The position numbers and the translations under genes were made by a program. This document shows, piece by piece, positions 38,525 to 49,871 of a stretch of DNA of 64,000 nt (positions within the stretch are counted from its first letter, which is position 1; every line of letters starts with the position of its first letter). Source of the DNA: Chlorobiaceae bacterium (GTDB taxonomy: Bacteria > Bacteroidota > Ignavibacteria > UBA10030 > SZUA-254); contig PNNN01000011.1 of assembly GCA_013824245.1 (NCBI GenBank), positions 43,396 to 107,395 on the forward strand, in the 5' to 3' direction. A model generated the notes under the pieces. That model had not been told where the DNA came from. It saw only the letters and a program-made list of their open reading frames with translations, and ran no database searches.

Positions 38525-40175
38525 AAACGTTATGTATTTCAAATCTATGATTAAGGTCGTTTCACTTTTGTTCTTTATTACATTCATTTCTATTTCACAA
38601 GATAAACAAAAGACAGATGAATTCGGATTACAACTGCAGGATAAAACAGCGCAAGCAATTGTGCAGCCCGCAGGTGTTCCTCTCGAATCCACAGTCGATC
38701 CGGAAAAATATTTTATTGGACCTTCGGATGTTATAGCTGTAAATATCTGGATGAGTCCGCCATTCAATTTCTCTCTGACGGTTACTCCGGAGGGAACACT
38801 AATAATTCCAACTATCGGTGAAGTGATGGTAGCAGACCTCACGCTTGCGAAAGCCAAGGAGTTGATATTTCGAGAGGCACGAAAAAAATATTTATCTGCC
38901 GAGATAACCGCCACATTGATAAAGCCGCGACCGATTATTGTTACCGTAACCGGTAATGTGTTAAATGAAGGACTTTATACGTTGAGTGCAATTGATCGTG
39001 CCACTAAAGCTATTGAAGAAGCGAACAAGCCAACCCGTTTGCAGAAGCAGGATGATCTGAATTATATATTGCAGCAAATGTCAACTCGTAATATTGTTCT
39101 TAAGCATAAAAACGGCGCAGAAGATAAAGTGGATATAACAAAATATTTAGCCACAAAGAAAGATTGTTGGAATCCTTACCTTCGCGAAGGTGATGTAATT
39201 ATTGTGCCGAGGAAAAATCCGCTAAAAAATGTTTTTGGTATTTACGGAGAGGTCAATTCTCCGGGTAGATATGAGTTTGTTGATGGTGATAGTCTTTTAG
39301 ATGCATTCAAGATCGGAATGGGATGTACCCGGCTTGCAATGAAAGACAGCGTTGAGTTTACGCGGCTCTCGCTTGACGGTACGATCCTAACAAGTCATAT
39401 AATCGATATTCAGTCAATAATGAATGGGAATCAACCGAATTTCCCTCTCGAATCTGGCGATAGAATTGTTGTGAAAGCAAAGAAGGAATCTCGCGAAGAT
39501 TACAGGGTGAATATTCAAGGCGAATTAATGTACCCCGGAATGTATCCGATCACAAAAGATAGGACGAAGCTCTCGGAGGTTATTAAACAGGCAGGAGGAT
39601 TTACCGAATTTTCCGCTCTTAAATCTGCGACTTTGAACAGAAGGTCTGTCCAGCCGCGTGAAGTTGAAATCGAACGGCTCCTCAGCGCTCGTGGAGGCGT
39701 CTCTGCCGAAGATAGTTCCGATTATTTTCTTGAGACTGAACTTCGACTTAAGAAAGAAATTGTTAGTATTGATTTCGAAAAATTATTTATCGATGGAGAT
39801 AGTTCACAAGATGTGATTCTTCAAGATGAAGATTACATAATTGTCCCGTCGGTTAAAAAAACTATTTATGTGTTTGGGCAGGCGGTTACACCCGGGCATG
39901 TACCGTTTATAAAAGGAATGAATAGTGAATATTACATCGCCAAAGCCGGCGGGTTCACAGACCGGGCTCGAACGGGCGACGTGCAAATTATTAAAAACAA
40001 AACTAAACAATGGCTCGATCCAGATGAAACAACAATTGAAGAAGGTGATTACATCTGGATACCAAAAGACCCCGATCGTCCGTTCTCATATTATATGACA
40101 ATCGCCAGCCAGGCGGCAAGTGTGCTGAGTGTGGTGGTGGGAATTATGGTTGTGATAGCGCAGGTAACGAAATAA
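38511..40175 (+). CDS. wza: polysaccharide export outer-membrane protein (Wza-like, multiple SLBB domains)
   Basis: Signal peptide, a polysaccharide-export N-terminal motif (PGDVI...), repeated SLBB-like units and a C-terminal TM helix. Confidence 0.75.
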   Translation: MGTDKNVMYFKSMIKVVSLLFFITFISISQDKQKTDEFGLQLQDKTAQAIVQPAGVPLESTVDPEKYFIGPSDVIAVNIWMSPPFNFSLTVTPEGTLIIPTIGEVMVADLTLAKAKELIFREARKKYLSAEITATLIKPRPIIVTVTGNVLNEGLYTLSAIDRATKAIEEANKPTRLQKQDDLNYILQQMSTRNIVLKHKNGAEDKVDITKYLATKKDCWNPYLREGDVIIVPRKNPLKNVFGIYGEVNSPGRYEFVDGDSLLDAFKIGMGCTRLAMKDSVEFTRLSLDGTILTSHIIDIQSIMNGNQPNFPLESGDRIVVKAKKESREDYRVNIQGELMYPGMYPITKDRTKLSEVIKQAGGFTEFSALKSATLNRRSVQPREVEIERLLSARGGVSAEDSSDYFLETELRLKKEIVSIDFEKLFIDGDSSQDVILQDEDYIIVPSVKKTIYVFGQAVTPGHVPFIKGMNSEYYIAKAGGFTDRARTGDVQIIKNKTKQWLDPDETTIEEGDYIWIPKDPDRPFSYYMTIASQAASVLSVVVGIMVVIAQVTK

Positions 40176-40275
40176 AAGTGATAGGATGTCCGATGGATCG
40201 ATTTATTGAAAATTACATAAAAAGATGATTTTATCACGCAATACACATTGAGTTAGTAAATAGAAGGCGGTAACA

Positions 40276-41469
40276 ATGTTTGATAAAGATGGGTTTCATT
40301 TACTAGACTATTTAGATTTTCTTGTTAAGAGGAAACAATTATTTATTATTATTTTTTTCTCTTCTCTTATCCTAAGTTATGTAGCAATCTTTATTCTTGT
40401 AGAAGAACAGTATGAAGCAACCGCTACAATTATCCCTAGCGAGGATGAAACATCCAGTTTAACGGGTGGCCTTTTAGCTAGTATGAAAAAAATGCCATTT
40501 AATTTAGGCACAAAATCTCTCAACTCTGAGGTTGATATTTATAAGACAATAATTTTTAGCAGAACAATGTTGGAAGATGTGATCAAGAGGTTTGGTCTCA
40601 TTCAAATTTACAAATTAGACACAATGGATGCTGCCCACATGGAGAAGGCGGTGAAACGGCTTCAGGGTGAGATTAGGACTAAGGAAACGGAGGAGTCTGC
40701 CTTCATTGTATCTGTGCGGGCTAATATGCGCGAGACGGCAGCCGAGATGACAAATTACATCGTCAGCAGTATGAACGAAAGAATTATACATTTAAAAACC
40801 AGTCGTTCAAGAGACAGCAAAGAATTTTTACAAAAACGGGTTAAAGAAATTACAACTCAATTAAGGAATTCTGAAGATTCACTTCGCGCCTTCCAAGAAC
40901 GATCGGGTCTTTTAGATGTGAAGTCGCAACTACAGGGAATTATTTCTGCCCATACCATACTGGAGACGGAGATTACCGGAAAGCGAGTACAACTTGGCAT
41001 ACTCGAACGTATCTACGATAAAAACTCTTCGCAAGTAAAAGAATTGAATATGCAGATTCAGGAATATGAAAAAAGACTTATGCGTTTAAGGTCACAGGGG
41101 GACCCGGGTAGTCCTTTGCTTGCCCTGAAGAAACTTCCTCGTGCTAGTGTCGATTTCCTTCGATTATATCGTGAAGTTGAACTTAACAATATGCTTCTGG
41201 AGTTTGTTGTCCCGCTTTATGAACAATCAAAAATTGAAGAAAAAAAAGATTACCCAGTATTACAAGTAATAGATTATGCAGTACCACCGGCAAAGAAAAG
41301 CTTTCCACCACGCACTTTGTTTGCACTCATTGGGGCATTATCCATTACTCTGCTTGTCCTTATATCTACCATGATTCGTAAATCTATGATAAATATTACA
41401 GACCCACGATGGCTTTCTATTCTTAAAGATATGAAGCATTGGAGTTGGAATATCCATAAGTTAAAATGA
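40276..41469 (+). CDS. wzz: polysaccharide chain-length determinant (Wzz/PCP family)
   Basis: N-terminal FHLLDYLDFLVKRKQLFIII TM, a central coiled-coil periplasmic region and a C-terminal TM. This is the Wzz topology. Confidence 0.7.
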   Translation: MFDKDGFHLLDYLDFLVKRKQLFIIIFFSSLILSYVAIFILVEEQYEATATIIPSEDETSSLTGGLLASMKKMPFNLGTKSLNSEVDIYKTIIFSRTMLEDVIKRFGLIQIYKLDTMDAAHMEKAVKRLQGEIRTKETEESAFIVSVRANMRETAAEMTNYIVSSMNERIIHLKTSRSRDSKEFLQKRVKEITTQLRNSEDSLRAFQERSGLLDVKSQLQGIISAHTILETEITGKRVQLGILERIYDKNSSQVKELNMQIQEYEKRLMRLRSQGDPGSPLLALKKLPRASVDFLRLYREVELNNMLLEFVVPLYEQSKIEEKKDYPVLQVIDYAVPPAKKSFPPRTLFALIGALSITLLVLISTMIRKSMINITDPRWLSILKDMKHWSWNIHKLK

Positions 41470-42884
41470 TGAATCTACTGGCGATAGGAGAAAAATCGTT
41501 ATTATCAAAAGAATATCGATTTGCCTTACAATTAACAATAGGTCTAACAATCATATTTACGATTGTTGTTTTACTTTCGGCAGGAAATATATCAGCTATC
41601 ATGTTGTTTCCTCTTATCGCTGTTCAGCTGGCCTTAATATTTAATTTCGAGTTATCGTTATTGACAATTGTGGTTTTGTTGTTTGCCAATTTTCCTTTTA
41701 TATATACATCTGCAGTATTGTTTTCCATACCACTGGGAGTATCGTTCATCATTAGGCATAGAGATATTGAATGGAAAGAATTCGCCAATCCAATAACAAT
41801 ACCAATTATTGTATATGGTTTTTGTATTCTCCCTTCATTTTTAAACTCAGTTAAACCCTTGACCAGTTTTCTGATGTTATTTAATGTTGTCGCCTTTCTT
41901 ATAGTAACATATTCAATTATTGCGGGAGTTCGCACCTATAAAGAGATAAATAAAATTGTTGCGGTTTTTCTCGTCATGGTGCTTCTTAATTCTTTGGATG
42001 TTTTTCGACTTTCAGTACAAGGTGCGAATCGACCATTTGGATTTGCTGGAATAATGTTTGTCGATTATTCAGCGTTGGGAATTTGTCTTGCCATCACTAT
42101 CGCACTGATTTCACATGGTTTGAAACGTATCTTTTTTCTTCTTCTATCGTTTATACCAACAGTTGCGTTGATATTAACTCAGACACGAAATACTTGGCTT
42201 TCAGCCGTGATTACCATCGTTGTTCTTATCGGTTATTTAATTATATATCCAAATCTTGCAGGGTTTTCGCGCAAACAATTATTGTTGCTTATTATGATGG
42301 GTTTGCTTGTAATGGTTGGAGTTGTGATGGTTACTCTGACCTATAATCCAAGAATTGAAAAACGTGCGACCGAGTTGACTCTGAATAATGAATATAGTGT
42401 TGATGAAAGTGGCAAAGCAGAAAATTCGATGGTTACACGATTGTTTATATGGGACACAGCCCTAAATGCTTTCCGAGCACATCCAATAGTTGGTATTGGT
42501 GTTTATGGTTTTGGATATTCGTCTCATCAATATTATCAAATTCCCAAAATTCTTTATACTCGTTATGTAGCCAATGCCTCACCTCATCAAACTCATATAG
42601 CCGTTCTCGCTGAGACCGGAATTATTGGTTTTATCGGATTTATCGTTTTTATATTTTCGATACTAAAATATACTTTCAGAACGGTCAGGGAGGCGGTAGA
42701 CAATAGAGGAAAACGCTATGCTTTAGTTGGATTAATTGGTGTTGTATATTGCGTTGTTTCCATGTTATTCACCGATGCTTGGCTTTGGGGGCAAGGAATA
42801 GTTCTACTTGGGTTAGTTGTTGGATTGATGTTGGTAAACAGAAAAATAAGCTGCAAACCGATCCAGAATATTGTAAATGTATGA
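41466..42884 (+). CDS. wzy: O-antigen polymerase/ligase family membrane protein (Wzy-like)
   Basis: About 12 TM helices with a large periplasmic loop. The typical Wzy_C region is present (TQTRNTWLS...). Confidence 0.6.
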   Translation: MMNLLAIGEKSLLSKEYRFALQLTIGLTIIFTIVVLLSAGNISAIMLFPLIAVQLALIFNFELSLLTIVVLLFANFPFIYTSAVLFSIPLGVSFIIRHRDIEWKEFANPITIPIIVYGFCILPSFLNSVKPLTSFLMLFNVVAFLIVTYSIIAGVRTYKEINKIVAVFLVMVLLNSLDVFRLSVQGANRPFGFAGIMFVDYSALGICLAITIALISHGLKRIFFLLLSFIPTVALILTQTRNTWLSAVITIVVLIGYLIIYPNLAGFSRKQLLLLIMMGLLVMVGVVMVTLTYNPRIEKRATELTLNNEYSVDESGKAENSMVTRLFIWDTALNAFRAHPIVGIGVYGFGYSSHQYYQIPKILYTRYVANASPHQTHIAVLAETGIIGFIGFIVFIFSILKYTFRTVREAVDNRGKRYALVGLIGVVYCVVSMLFTDAWLWGQGIVLLGLVVGLMLVNRKISCKPIQNIVNV

Positions 42885-43104
42885 AACAAAAAACAACCAT
42901 ACTTGGGTCTTCTCTCCACATGCTAAATCTAACCGCAAATAAAATACTATCTTTCCGATTCGAGATATTTAGAGATGACCAAGTTTATCTACGTCGGGCA
43001 AATCACAACCAGTGTTATCGTTTTATCGCAACTGATTTTCAGTTTAAGCATTAAGTCACACGTATGTTTAGAACATTTGAAGAATACCAAGAATTTTAAA
43101 ACCA

Positions 43105-44628
43105 ATGAAAGGTTCTCTCGGTAAAAGTTCGTTAACTGGCATCGCTCAATTTATTATTAGTACTCTGTTGGTATTTATTGCAATACCGATTTTCGTAAGA
43201 ATTCTAGGAACAGAAGCGTATGGAATATTTTCTCTCGTAGCTATAGTAGGTAGTGTTAACACGTTTGCAAATTTTGGACTCAATTCTTCTCTTGTTCGTT
43301 TTCTAGCTGAACAAGGGAAAACCAAAGAATCAGATCACGATATTATTATTACATTCATTATCTCAATAGTAATTCTTTGTCCTCTGACACTTGGTGGAAT
43401 TTTATTTCATAATAGCATTCTTGTTCATATTCTGAGTGTACCTATACAATTGCTCGGGGATGCAAGGTGGTTGTTTTTCTCGATGCTAATTGGAAATATT
43501 TTCATTCTTTTAGGGCAGGTATTCACTGCTATCTTGGACTCGCAGCAAAAGGTTTATTTAACGAACTTTTATCAAATGATTTATAATATCATATACTGGA
43601 GTACGATTTTAATAGCAATATCGTTTGGCTATTCGTTAAAGGGTGTTGCAATGGCTATGCTTATAGCTACGATAATATGGTTTAGCATAGTGACTATCAG
43701 CGCACTTCGATCATGGGGAAAGCTTTCGTTCCGGGGTTTAAGAAATGACGCAATGCGAATAATTGGCAAACAATTGTCCTATGGGTTGAAAATCTATACA
43801 GCTGGTATTCTTGGTTTTTTTCATGAACCCATTGCAAAGATACTGGTATCTCATTTCATCGGTGTAACGGAAGTTGGATTTTTTGATATAGGATTGCGAG
43901 TAAAGAATCAAGTTGTCGGTTTGTTTAACAAGCTACTAACCCCCCTATATCCAGCAATATCTAAACTTACACAAACCGATAATTTTAAATTTTTGGTACA
44001 TGATATAGAACAAAAAATTTTTCTTGCGGTGATACCTATAACCGGAATAATAATATTGACGGCAGATCCAATAATCAATCTCATTTTTTATTCACAGGCA
44101 GATATTATCTCTATAACTGTCATTTATATTGTTTCAGCATATTTATTGGGTAGCACAACTGTGATTCCGATGTATTTATTTTTAATGGCTAAGGGACATC
44201 CGTCTAAGATTATAATCGTCCAAGGACTGAACGCAGTCGTCAATGCGATCTTTTTCTTTCTCTTTCTACCTTGGCTTGGATATTATGCTATTGTTGTTTC
44301 AACCGTAGCTTCCATATCTTCATCGTTCGGTTTGCTAATATCTTATCAGAAGCGATATTTGGATAGTCTTATTTTCGACTCTAAGAAGCAACTAGCGGCA
44401 GTCATTGTATCTTTTATTATTGCATTTTCGCTCGGTTACTATACTACCATAATTATCGAATCTATTATGTGGAAGATCATTACTCCATCAATAATTGTTG
44501 TGCTAATGACGATTATTACATATAGATACTTTGCATTACTAAATCACGCTGATATCAATCGATATTTTGGAGAAAATACCGCGCTTTCTAAATTATCTGT
44601 ACGGATTTTGTGTAAATATTATAGATAA
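43105..44628 (+). CDS. wzx: oligosaccharide flippase (Wzx, MOP superfamily)
   Basis: MKGSLGKSSLTGIAQFIISTLL...IPIFVRILGTEAYGIF is the conserved Wzx N-terminus. There are about 12-14 TM helices. Confidence 0.75.
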   Translation: MKGSLGKSSLTGIAQFIISTLLVFIAIPIFVRILGTEAYGIFSLVAIVGSVNTFANFGLNSSLVRFLAEQGKTKESDHDIIITFIISIVILCPLTLGGILFHNSILVHILSVPIQLLGDARWLFFSMLIGNIFILLGQVFTAILDSQQKVYLTNFYQMIYNIIYWSTILIAISFGYSLKGVAMAMLIATIIWFSIVTISALRSWGKLSFRGLRNDAMRIIGKQLSYGLKIYTAGILGFFHEPIAKILVSHFIGVTEVGFFDIGLRVKNQVVGLFNKLLTPLYPAISKLTQTDNFKFLVHDIEQKIFLAVIPITGIIILTADPIINLIFYSQADIISITVIYIVSAYLLGSTTVIPMYLFLMAKGHPSKIIIVQGLNAVVNAIFFFLFLPWLGYYAIVVSTVASISSSFGLLISYQKRYLDSLIFDSKKQLAAVIVSFIIAFSLGYYTTIIIESIMWKIITPSIIVVLMTIITYRYFALLNHADINRYFGENTALSKLSVRILCKYYR

Positions 44629-44707
44629 AATAAATTACATAATACCCTTATTGTCATTCAATTGAAATTCTATCATAATTGTCTACATAAATTAGCAACA
44701 TCATGGA

Positions 44708-44732
44708 GATGACTTAATTGACTATTAACTAC
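44708..44732 (+). repeat. heptad array (TGAC-core) upstream of gene 44778
   Basis: GATGACT TAATTGA CTATTAA CTAC is related to the arrays at 29065, 29502 and 34463. Confidence 0.5.
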
Positions 44733-44777
44733 ATCTTATCATTATCACGATAATCTGAATTTGGAGAAGATTTATTC

Positions 44778-45773
44778 TTGAGATTGATCATAAATAAAAA
44801 TACAGATTATCATGTATCTTTAGATGCCGTTGCCGAATTCGAGAATGCAATATTATCTGATACTCAGATTAGAGCTATTTATATTAAAAATAAAATCATA
44901 TCAAAGATTTGCACATACTGTTGGTTGGGATTAAAAAGTCTCAGCCGTGGTACAAATCATTTTATTAAACCGAAGTTGTTTATAGGCATTAAAAATAAAG
45001 GCGCCCGAGACTATTTCGCAGTCCTCATGGGACTTGATGTCAATAAAGTTTTACCATATTTCCTGTTTTCCGGGAGAAAAAATATATATTTATTTGATGC
45101 CTGGCCCAACACTCACGAAAGACTAAAAGACATAGTTAAATATTGGAATATCAATCACGTGTTTTTGAGTTCTTCTCAGGCGGTAGAACAATTATGTTCG
45201 GCCAGTCATAAGTGTAATTACTCATGGATACCGGAAGGCATAAATCCAGATCTCTACATGTCTTATTCTTACAATGATAAAAATATTGATGTTGTACAAG
45301 TTGGACGAAAGTACGAAACCCATCATCGGCTAATAGTAGAACCTTTAGAAAAAGAGCGGAAAGTTTATTTGTATGAGAAAGTAAAAGGAGAAATTATCTT
45401 CCCGGGCAGGGGAAAATTCATTGAGGGTATAGCGCGGGCAAAAATTTCGATTTGTGTTCCTTCCAGTATAACACATCCCGTGCGAGCAGGTGGTATAGAA
45501 ACAATGACTATTAGATATCTGCAATCGATGGTTTCGAAGTGCCTTTTGTTGGGGCATGCCCCGCAAGAAATGATTCGTCTGTTCGGTTATAATCCTGTTA
45601 TTGAAATTGACAGCCAAGACCCAGTGAAGCAAATATTTTTTCTCCTTGAACATATTAAAGACTATATTCCACTGATAGAAAAAAACTATAAGACAGTAGT
45701 AGAACATCATACATGGCGTCATCGATGGGAAAGCATTTCAAATGTTCTCCGTCAAGATTTAAGAGCTAACTGA
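44778..45773 (+). CDS. hypothetical protein in polysaccharide locus (possible glycosyltransferase-like)
   Basis: Good coding potential and embedded in the locus. No confident motif. Confidence 0.35.
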   Translation: MRLIINKNTDYHVSLDAVAEFENAILSDTQIRAIYIKNKIISKICTYCWLGLKSLSRGTNHFIKPKLFIGIKNKGARDYFAVLMGLDVNKVLPYFLFSGRKNIYLFDAWPNTHERLKDIVKYWNINHVFLSSSQAVEQLCSASHKCNYSWIPEGINPDLYMSYSYNDKNIDVVQVGRKYETHHRLIVEPLEKERKVYLYEKVKGEIIFPGRGKFIEGIARAKISICVPSSITHPVRAGGIETMTIRYLQSMVSKCLLLGHAPQEMIRLFGYNPVIEIDSQDPVKQIFFLLEHIKDYIPLIEKNYKTVVEHHTWRHRWESISNVLRQDLRAN

Positions 45774-45782
45774 GATAAGGTA

Positions 45783-46556
45783 ATGAGAATATCAATAATA
45801 ACACCTTCATATAATCAAGGCGAATTTATTGAGGATACAATCAAATCTGTGATCAACCAAGACCATAAGGATATTGAGCATATCATTATGGATGGAGGAT
45901 CAACAGATCAAACAGTATCGATCTTAAAAAAGTACGATCATTTAAAATGGGTGTCCGAACGAGATTCTGGGCAGAGCAATGCCATAAACATGGGCTTTCG
46001 AAAAGTATCTGGGAATATCATAGCGTGGTTAAATTCTGATGATTATTATGAGGATCACATATTTGGTGATATTGTTAAATATTTTGAGCAAAATCCTGAA
46101 TGTATGCTCCTATATGGTGATATTACGTTTGTTAACAAAGAAGGACATTCTCTCTATAAGGTTTCCGGTGATACAATTGACTACGGCAAGCTCATTGAGT
46201 GTCCTGATATTGTTCGCCAACCGAGTTTTTTCTGGAGGCGAGAAGTGATAGAAATAATTGGCGGCGTGGATGAGGACTTACATCTCGTTATGGATTTTGA
46301 TTTTTTTCTCCGCATTGCACGCAGATATAAGTTCCATTATATTAATAGAAATTTGAGTTACTACCGAACGTATGAAGTAAATAAAACCAGTGCATTGCCC
46401 CGACGACAAGTATATGAAATCTACAAGGTTTTCAGAAAACAACATATTCCGATGACGATTCCTCGTGCGAATTATTTAATTCGGAAGTATTTCAACTCAA
46501 TCGGTGCGGTAAAAGGTTTAGCGGCAATCATTCGACATCTAAGAAAACGTGGTTGA
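45783..46556 (+). CDS. glycosyltransferase family 2
   Basis: ISIITPSYNQGEFIEDTIKSVINQ...IIMDGGSTD...DD, the GT-A fold signature. Confidence 0.8.
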   Translation: MRISIITPSYNQGEFIEDTIKSVINQDHKDIEHIIMDGGSTDQTVSILKKYDHLKWVSERDSGQSNAINMGFRKVSGNIIAWLNSDDYYEDHIFGDIVKYFEQNPECMLLYGDITFVNKEGHSLYKVSGDTIDYGKLIECPDIVRQPSFFWRREVIEIIGGVDEDLHLVMDFDFFLRIARRYKFHYINRNLSYYRTYEVNKTSALPRRQVYEIYKVFRKQHIPMTIPRANYLIRKYFNSIGAVKGLAAIIRHLRKRG

Positions 46557-47778
46557 AAGATTGAAAAATAAACGAATTTTATTTGTCGATCATGATGAAG
46601 GACGATCTGGTTCGACTATCAGTCTTGAATACCTGCTCAGAGCATTTATTGCTAAGAAGTACGATTGTTATGTTCTAACATCAAAGGATGCGATGGAGTC
46701 GCAACCGTTTTTGGAAGCGGGTGCAACACTTATCGATTTACGAAAATGGTATTCGGGTACATTAATGCTGGGTTTTCACTTCACAACGACGAGTTCGTTT
46801 TTCTCGTGGAGAGGTATGCGGATGATGGTGTCTAGTATTATTAGGTTTTTTTTGGGATTTATTATCACACGACAAGTTATAAAAAAGATTAAACCTGACT
46901 TGGTATACGTTAATGAATATATCATGGTACAAGCATCGGTAGCGGCGTACTTCAGTGGGGTGCCATCGGTAATTCATATACGTAGCCCGTTCTTAAAAGG
47001 TGATTTTGGCGTACGCAGACGGATCATTTCACGACTTATTCTGGCTTATAATCGGTTCATCATAGCAATTACTCGAATTGAAGCAGAACAGTTGAATCCG
47101 TATAAAGAAGAACTTGAAAAAATTTTAATTGTCGGTGAATTTTTTTCCCCATGTTATGTAAGTAATGATGAAAAGAGTGTGTATCGCGAATTATTCGGTT
47201 TACCAAAGAATAAAAAGATTATATTGATGTTAGGGGGAATTGAACTTGTAAAAGGCACTATCGACTTTTTACGTGCAGCTCAACTGGTTATTTCAGAGCG
47301 AAACGATGTCATTTTTGTTATTGCAGGGAAAATTAAAAAAGTTGGAAACTCAGAAGATCAAGCATATTTTATGCAATGCATGCAGATAGCAGATTCATTA
47401 AAGGAAAATGAAGGAATCAGGGTTCTGGGTGAAGTTGCGGATTCATTAAAATTAATTGCGGCTTCAGATATTGTAATTTCACCATCAATTCAAACTCATT
47501 TTTCCAGACCAGTTATAGAGGCGTGGGGACTAGGTATACCTGTTATTGCCGCAAAGACAGAACATATGAAAGATCTAATCACACATGGAGTTGACGGTTT
47601 TTTGGTGGATGTTCATGATTACCATTCTCTCTCTCGATACATTCTATTACTACTTGACAATGAAGAATTAAGCAAAAGACTTAGGATCGAAGGAGCAAAG
47701 AAAGCAATTACAAACTTCAATGCAGAAAGAAATACATGTGTGATAATTGATAAATGTAACTCTCTATTTTTATCCTGA
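46549..47778 (+). CDS. glycosyltransferase family 4 (GT1/GT4, GT-B fold)
   Basis: C-terminal E..G.P conserved block (EAWGLGIPVIA) and the typical GT4 nucleotide-binding region. Confidence 0.8.
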   Translation: MVERLKNKRILFVDHDEGRSGSTISLEYLLRAFIAKKYDCYVLTSKDAMESQPFLEAGATLIDLRKWYSGTLMLGFHFTTTSSFFSWRGMRMMVSSIIRFFLGFIITRQVIKKIKPDLVYVNEYIMVQASVAAYFSGVPSVIHIRSPFLKGDFGVRRRIISRLILAYNRFIIAITRIEAEQLNPYKEELEKILIVGEFFSPCYVSNDEKSVYRELFGLPKNKKIILMLGGIELVKGTIDFLRAAQLVISERNDVIFVIAGKIKKVGNSEDQAYFMQCMQIADSLKENEGIRVLGEVADSLKLIAASDIVISPSIQTHFSRPVIEAWGLGIPVIAAKTEHMKDLITHGVDGFLVDVHDYHSLSRYILLLLDNEELSKRLRIEGAKKAITNFNAERNTCVIIDKCNSLFLS

Positions 47779-47919
47779 ACTTTAATTGATAAATTTTTTT
47801 AAATGCCTCCGAATGAGAAAAATACAAGCAATTCAGGTTTTGGTTAATAAGAATCGATCCTGCGATAAATATATAAAATATTCAGTAGTACTAATAAAAC
47901 CAAATTTAGTCGGCTAATT

Positions 47920-48777
47920 ATGATTCGGATAGCGGGTGTTGTAGTTTTGTATAATCCCCCAGAAGACGTCTTACAAAATATAAATTCTTATAGGGGACAA
48001 ATCGAAACTTTATTTATAGTTGATAATTCTGAAAAACAAAATCAAACGTGGATAAATAATATTATCTTGGCGAAAAATGTTATTTATAAATGGAATGGCG
48101 GTAATTTAGGAGTTGCCACAGCTTTGAATATTGGTGCTAAGCTTGCAATAGATCATGATTACGATTTTCTTTTAACGATGGATCAAGATAGCTTCACTTC
48201 GGAAAATTTGTTACGTGAATATTCGCAGTTTATACAAACCTATTCTTCAAACGATATTGGAATTCTTGCGCCATATCATGTATACAAGAATTACGAGAGA
48301 CCTGCTGAGTTAGCAATGGCGAAAGAAATATCAATGACTATTACATCGGGGGCGCTACTAAATCTTGCAGCATATAAACAAGCAGGTCCTTTTATGGACG
48401 ATTTGTTTATTGACTATGTTGACTTTGAATATTGCTTGCGCCTACGTATAAGTGGATTCAAAGTGATTCAACTTAGTCTTGCAACCTTGAATCATCAATT
48501 GGGAGCAATTGAGGCAAGAAGGTTTATTTTTCGGCGGGTCGCTGTATATAATTATCCACCTATCAGAGTGTATTATAAATTCCGAAATAGATTGTTCGTG
48601 GTTAACAAGTTTTTTTTTGCGTACCCTATGTGGGCATTTAGAGAGTTAATTACATCGATGAATGAATTAATTAAAATAATCTGCTTTGAAAAAAATAAAT
48701 ATATCAAATGTAAAATGGCTTTTTTAGGAATGAGAGATTGCGTCATTGGCCGGATGGGGAAATATCGGCATGTGTAA
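47920..48777 (+). CDS. glycosyltransferase family 2 (rhamnosyltransferase-like)
   Basis: MIRIAGVVVLYNP...DNS...DQD motifs of GT2. Confidence 0.75.
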   Translation: MIRIAGVVVLYNPPEDVLQNINSYRGQIETLFIVDNSEKQNQTWINNIILAKNVIYKWNGGNLGVATALNIGAKLAIDHDYDFLLTMDQDSFTSENLLREYSQFIQTYSSNDIGILAPYHVYKNYERPAELAMAKEISMTITSGALLNLAAYKQAGPFMDDLFIDYVDFEYCLRLRISGFKVIQLSLATLNHQLGAIEARRFIFRRVAVYNYPPIRVYYKFRNRLFVVNKFFFAYPMWAFRELITSMNELIKIICFEKNKYIKCKMAFLGMRDCVIGRMGKYRHV

Positions 48778-48909
48778 ACGAGAATTATCGCTGAAAATTA
48801 TTAAATTAAATAAAGTGTTTTTCAACTTGTTAATTTTCATCTAAAAACAACCTATGAATGCTTTTCAGGTTCTTATAAATATTTCAACATCATTGATCAT
48901 TTCATTTAT

Positions 48910-49869
48910 TTGCGGTCTATGATAGATAATCCTATAGTTTCAATCATTGTAGTTAGTTATAATAATCTTGATGTGTTACGTGGTACCCTTGCGAGTTTAT
49001 TACATCATGTTACCGGGGTTTCTTCGGAAATAATTCTTGTTGATAATGCCTCTCATGAACCTATTGTTGAATCGATACAAAAGGAGTTTCCGCAAATACT
49101 AATCGTCGCGAACAAGCATAATTTGGGTTTTGGTGCAGCTAATAATATAGGAGCACGAATTGCCCGAGGTGAATATTTGCTCTTTGTTAATAGTGACGTT
49201 ATTCTCAAGGGTAATCCTGTGCAGGATATGATAAAAATTTTCGTACAAAATCCACACGCAGGTATTGTTGGATGTCAATTATTTAATATGGATGGCACAT
49301 TACAGCCTTCATATTTCAGATTTCCGAGCATAAGAATGAGGTTTATCCAATTAAGCGGATTGAAAACTCTTATTCTAAAAATATATCCAAGATTACGGTT
49401 TAAATACTCAGAAACATTGGAATTGGATTTTGTCTCCGGCGCTTTCTTTATGATAAATAGATTGTTCTTTTACGACATCCACTGTTTTGATGACCGTTAT
49501 TTTATGTATCTTGAAGATGCAGATCTTGGTTATCAGGTTAAACGCAAGGGGAAACGTTCACTCCTTTTTCAGACTAGAGATGTCATCCACATTGGCATGA
49601 ACTACGAAGCAATGAACAACCCTTTTGTGCTTTTTCATATGAACGATGGGTACTTAAAGTTTTTTTCCAAAAATTACGGTGCTTGGAAGTATTTTACAAT
49701 GATCACAATGAGTCTCTTGTTGTTTTCGGTGAAAATGATTTTCACAGTATTACATGAAAATGGCACGCGGGAACGTCAACAAATAAAAAGATTACTCTCG
49801 ATTTATTATCGAGCGCTTTTCAATCGTTCTTATGGCTCTGTTAGTACCTTAAAGAGATCTGCGAATTAG
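48910..49869 (+). CDS. glycosyltransferase family 2
   Basis: IVSIIVVSYNNLDVL...LVDNAS...GFGAANN...NSD, typical GT2. Confidence 0.8.
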   Translation: MRSMIDNPIVSIIVVSYNNLDVLRGTLASLLHHVTGVSSEIILVDNASHEPIVESIQKEFPQILIVANKHNLGFGAANNIGARIARGEYLLFVNSDVILKGNPVQDMIKIFVQNPHAGIVGCQLFNMDGTLQPSYFRFPSIRMRFIQLSGLKTLILKIYPRLRFKYSETLELDFVSGAFFMINRLFFYDIHCFDDRYFMYLEDADLGYQVKRKGKRSLLFQTRDVIHIGMNYEAMNNPFVLFHMNDGYLKFFSKNYGAWKYFTMITMSLLLFSVKMIFTVLHENGTRERQQIKRLLSIYYRALFNRSYGSVSTLKRSAN

Positions 49870-49871
49870 AT

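Noticed and set aside
42975-43124. About 50-aa ORF (MTKFIYVGQITTSVIVLSQLIFSLSIKSH...) just upstream of and overlapping the wzx start
   Set aside because: A single-TM-like peptide with no conservation signal. wzx has a conserved N-terminus starting at 43105, so the micro-ORF is probably spurious. Low residual possibility of a leader peptide.
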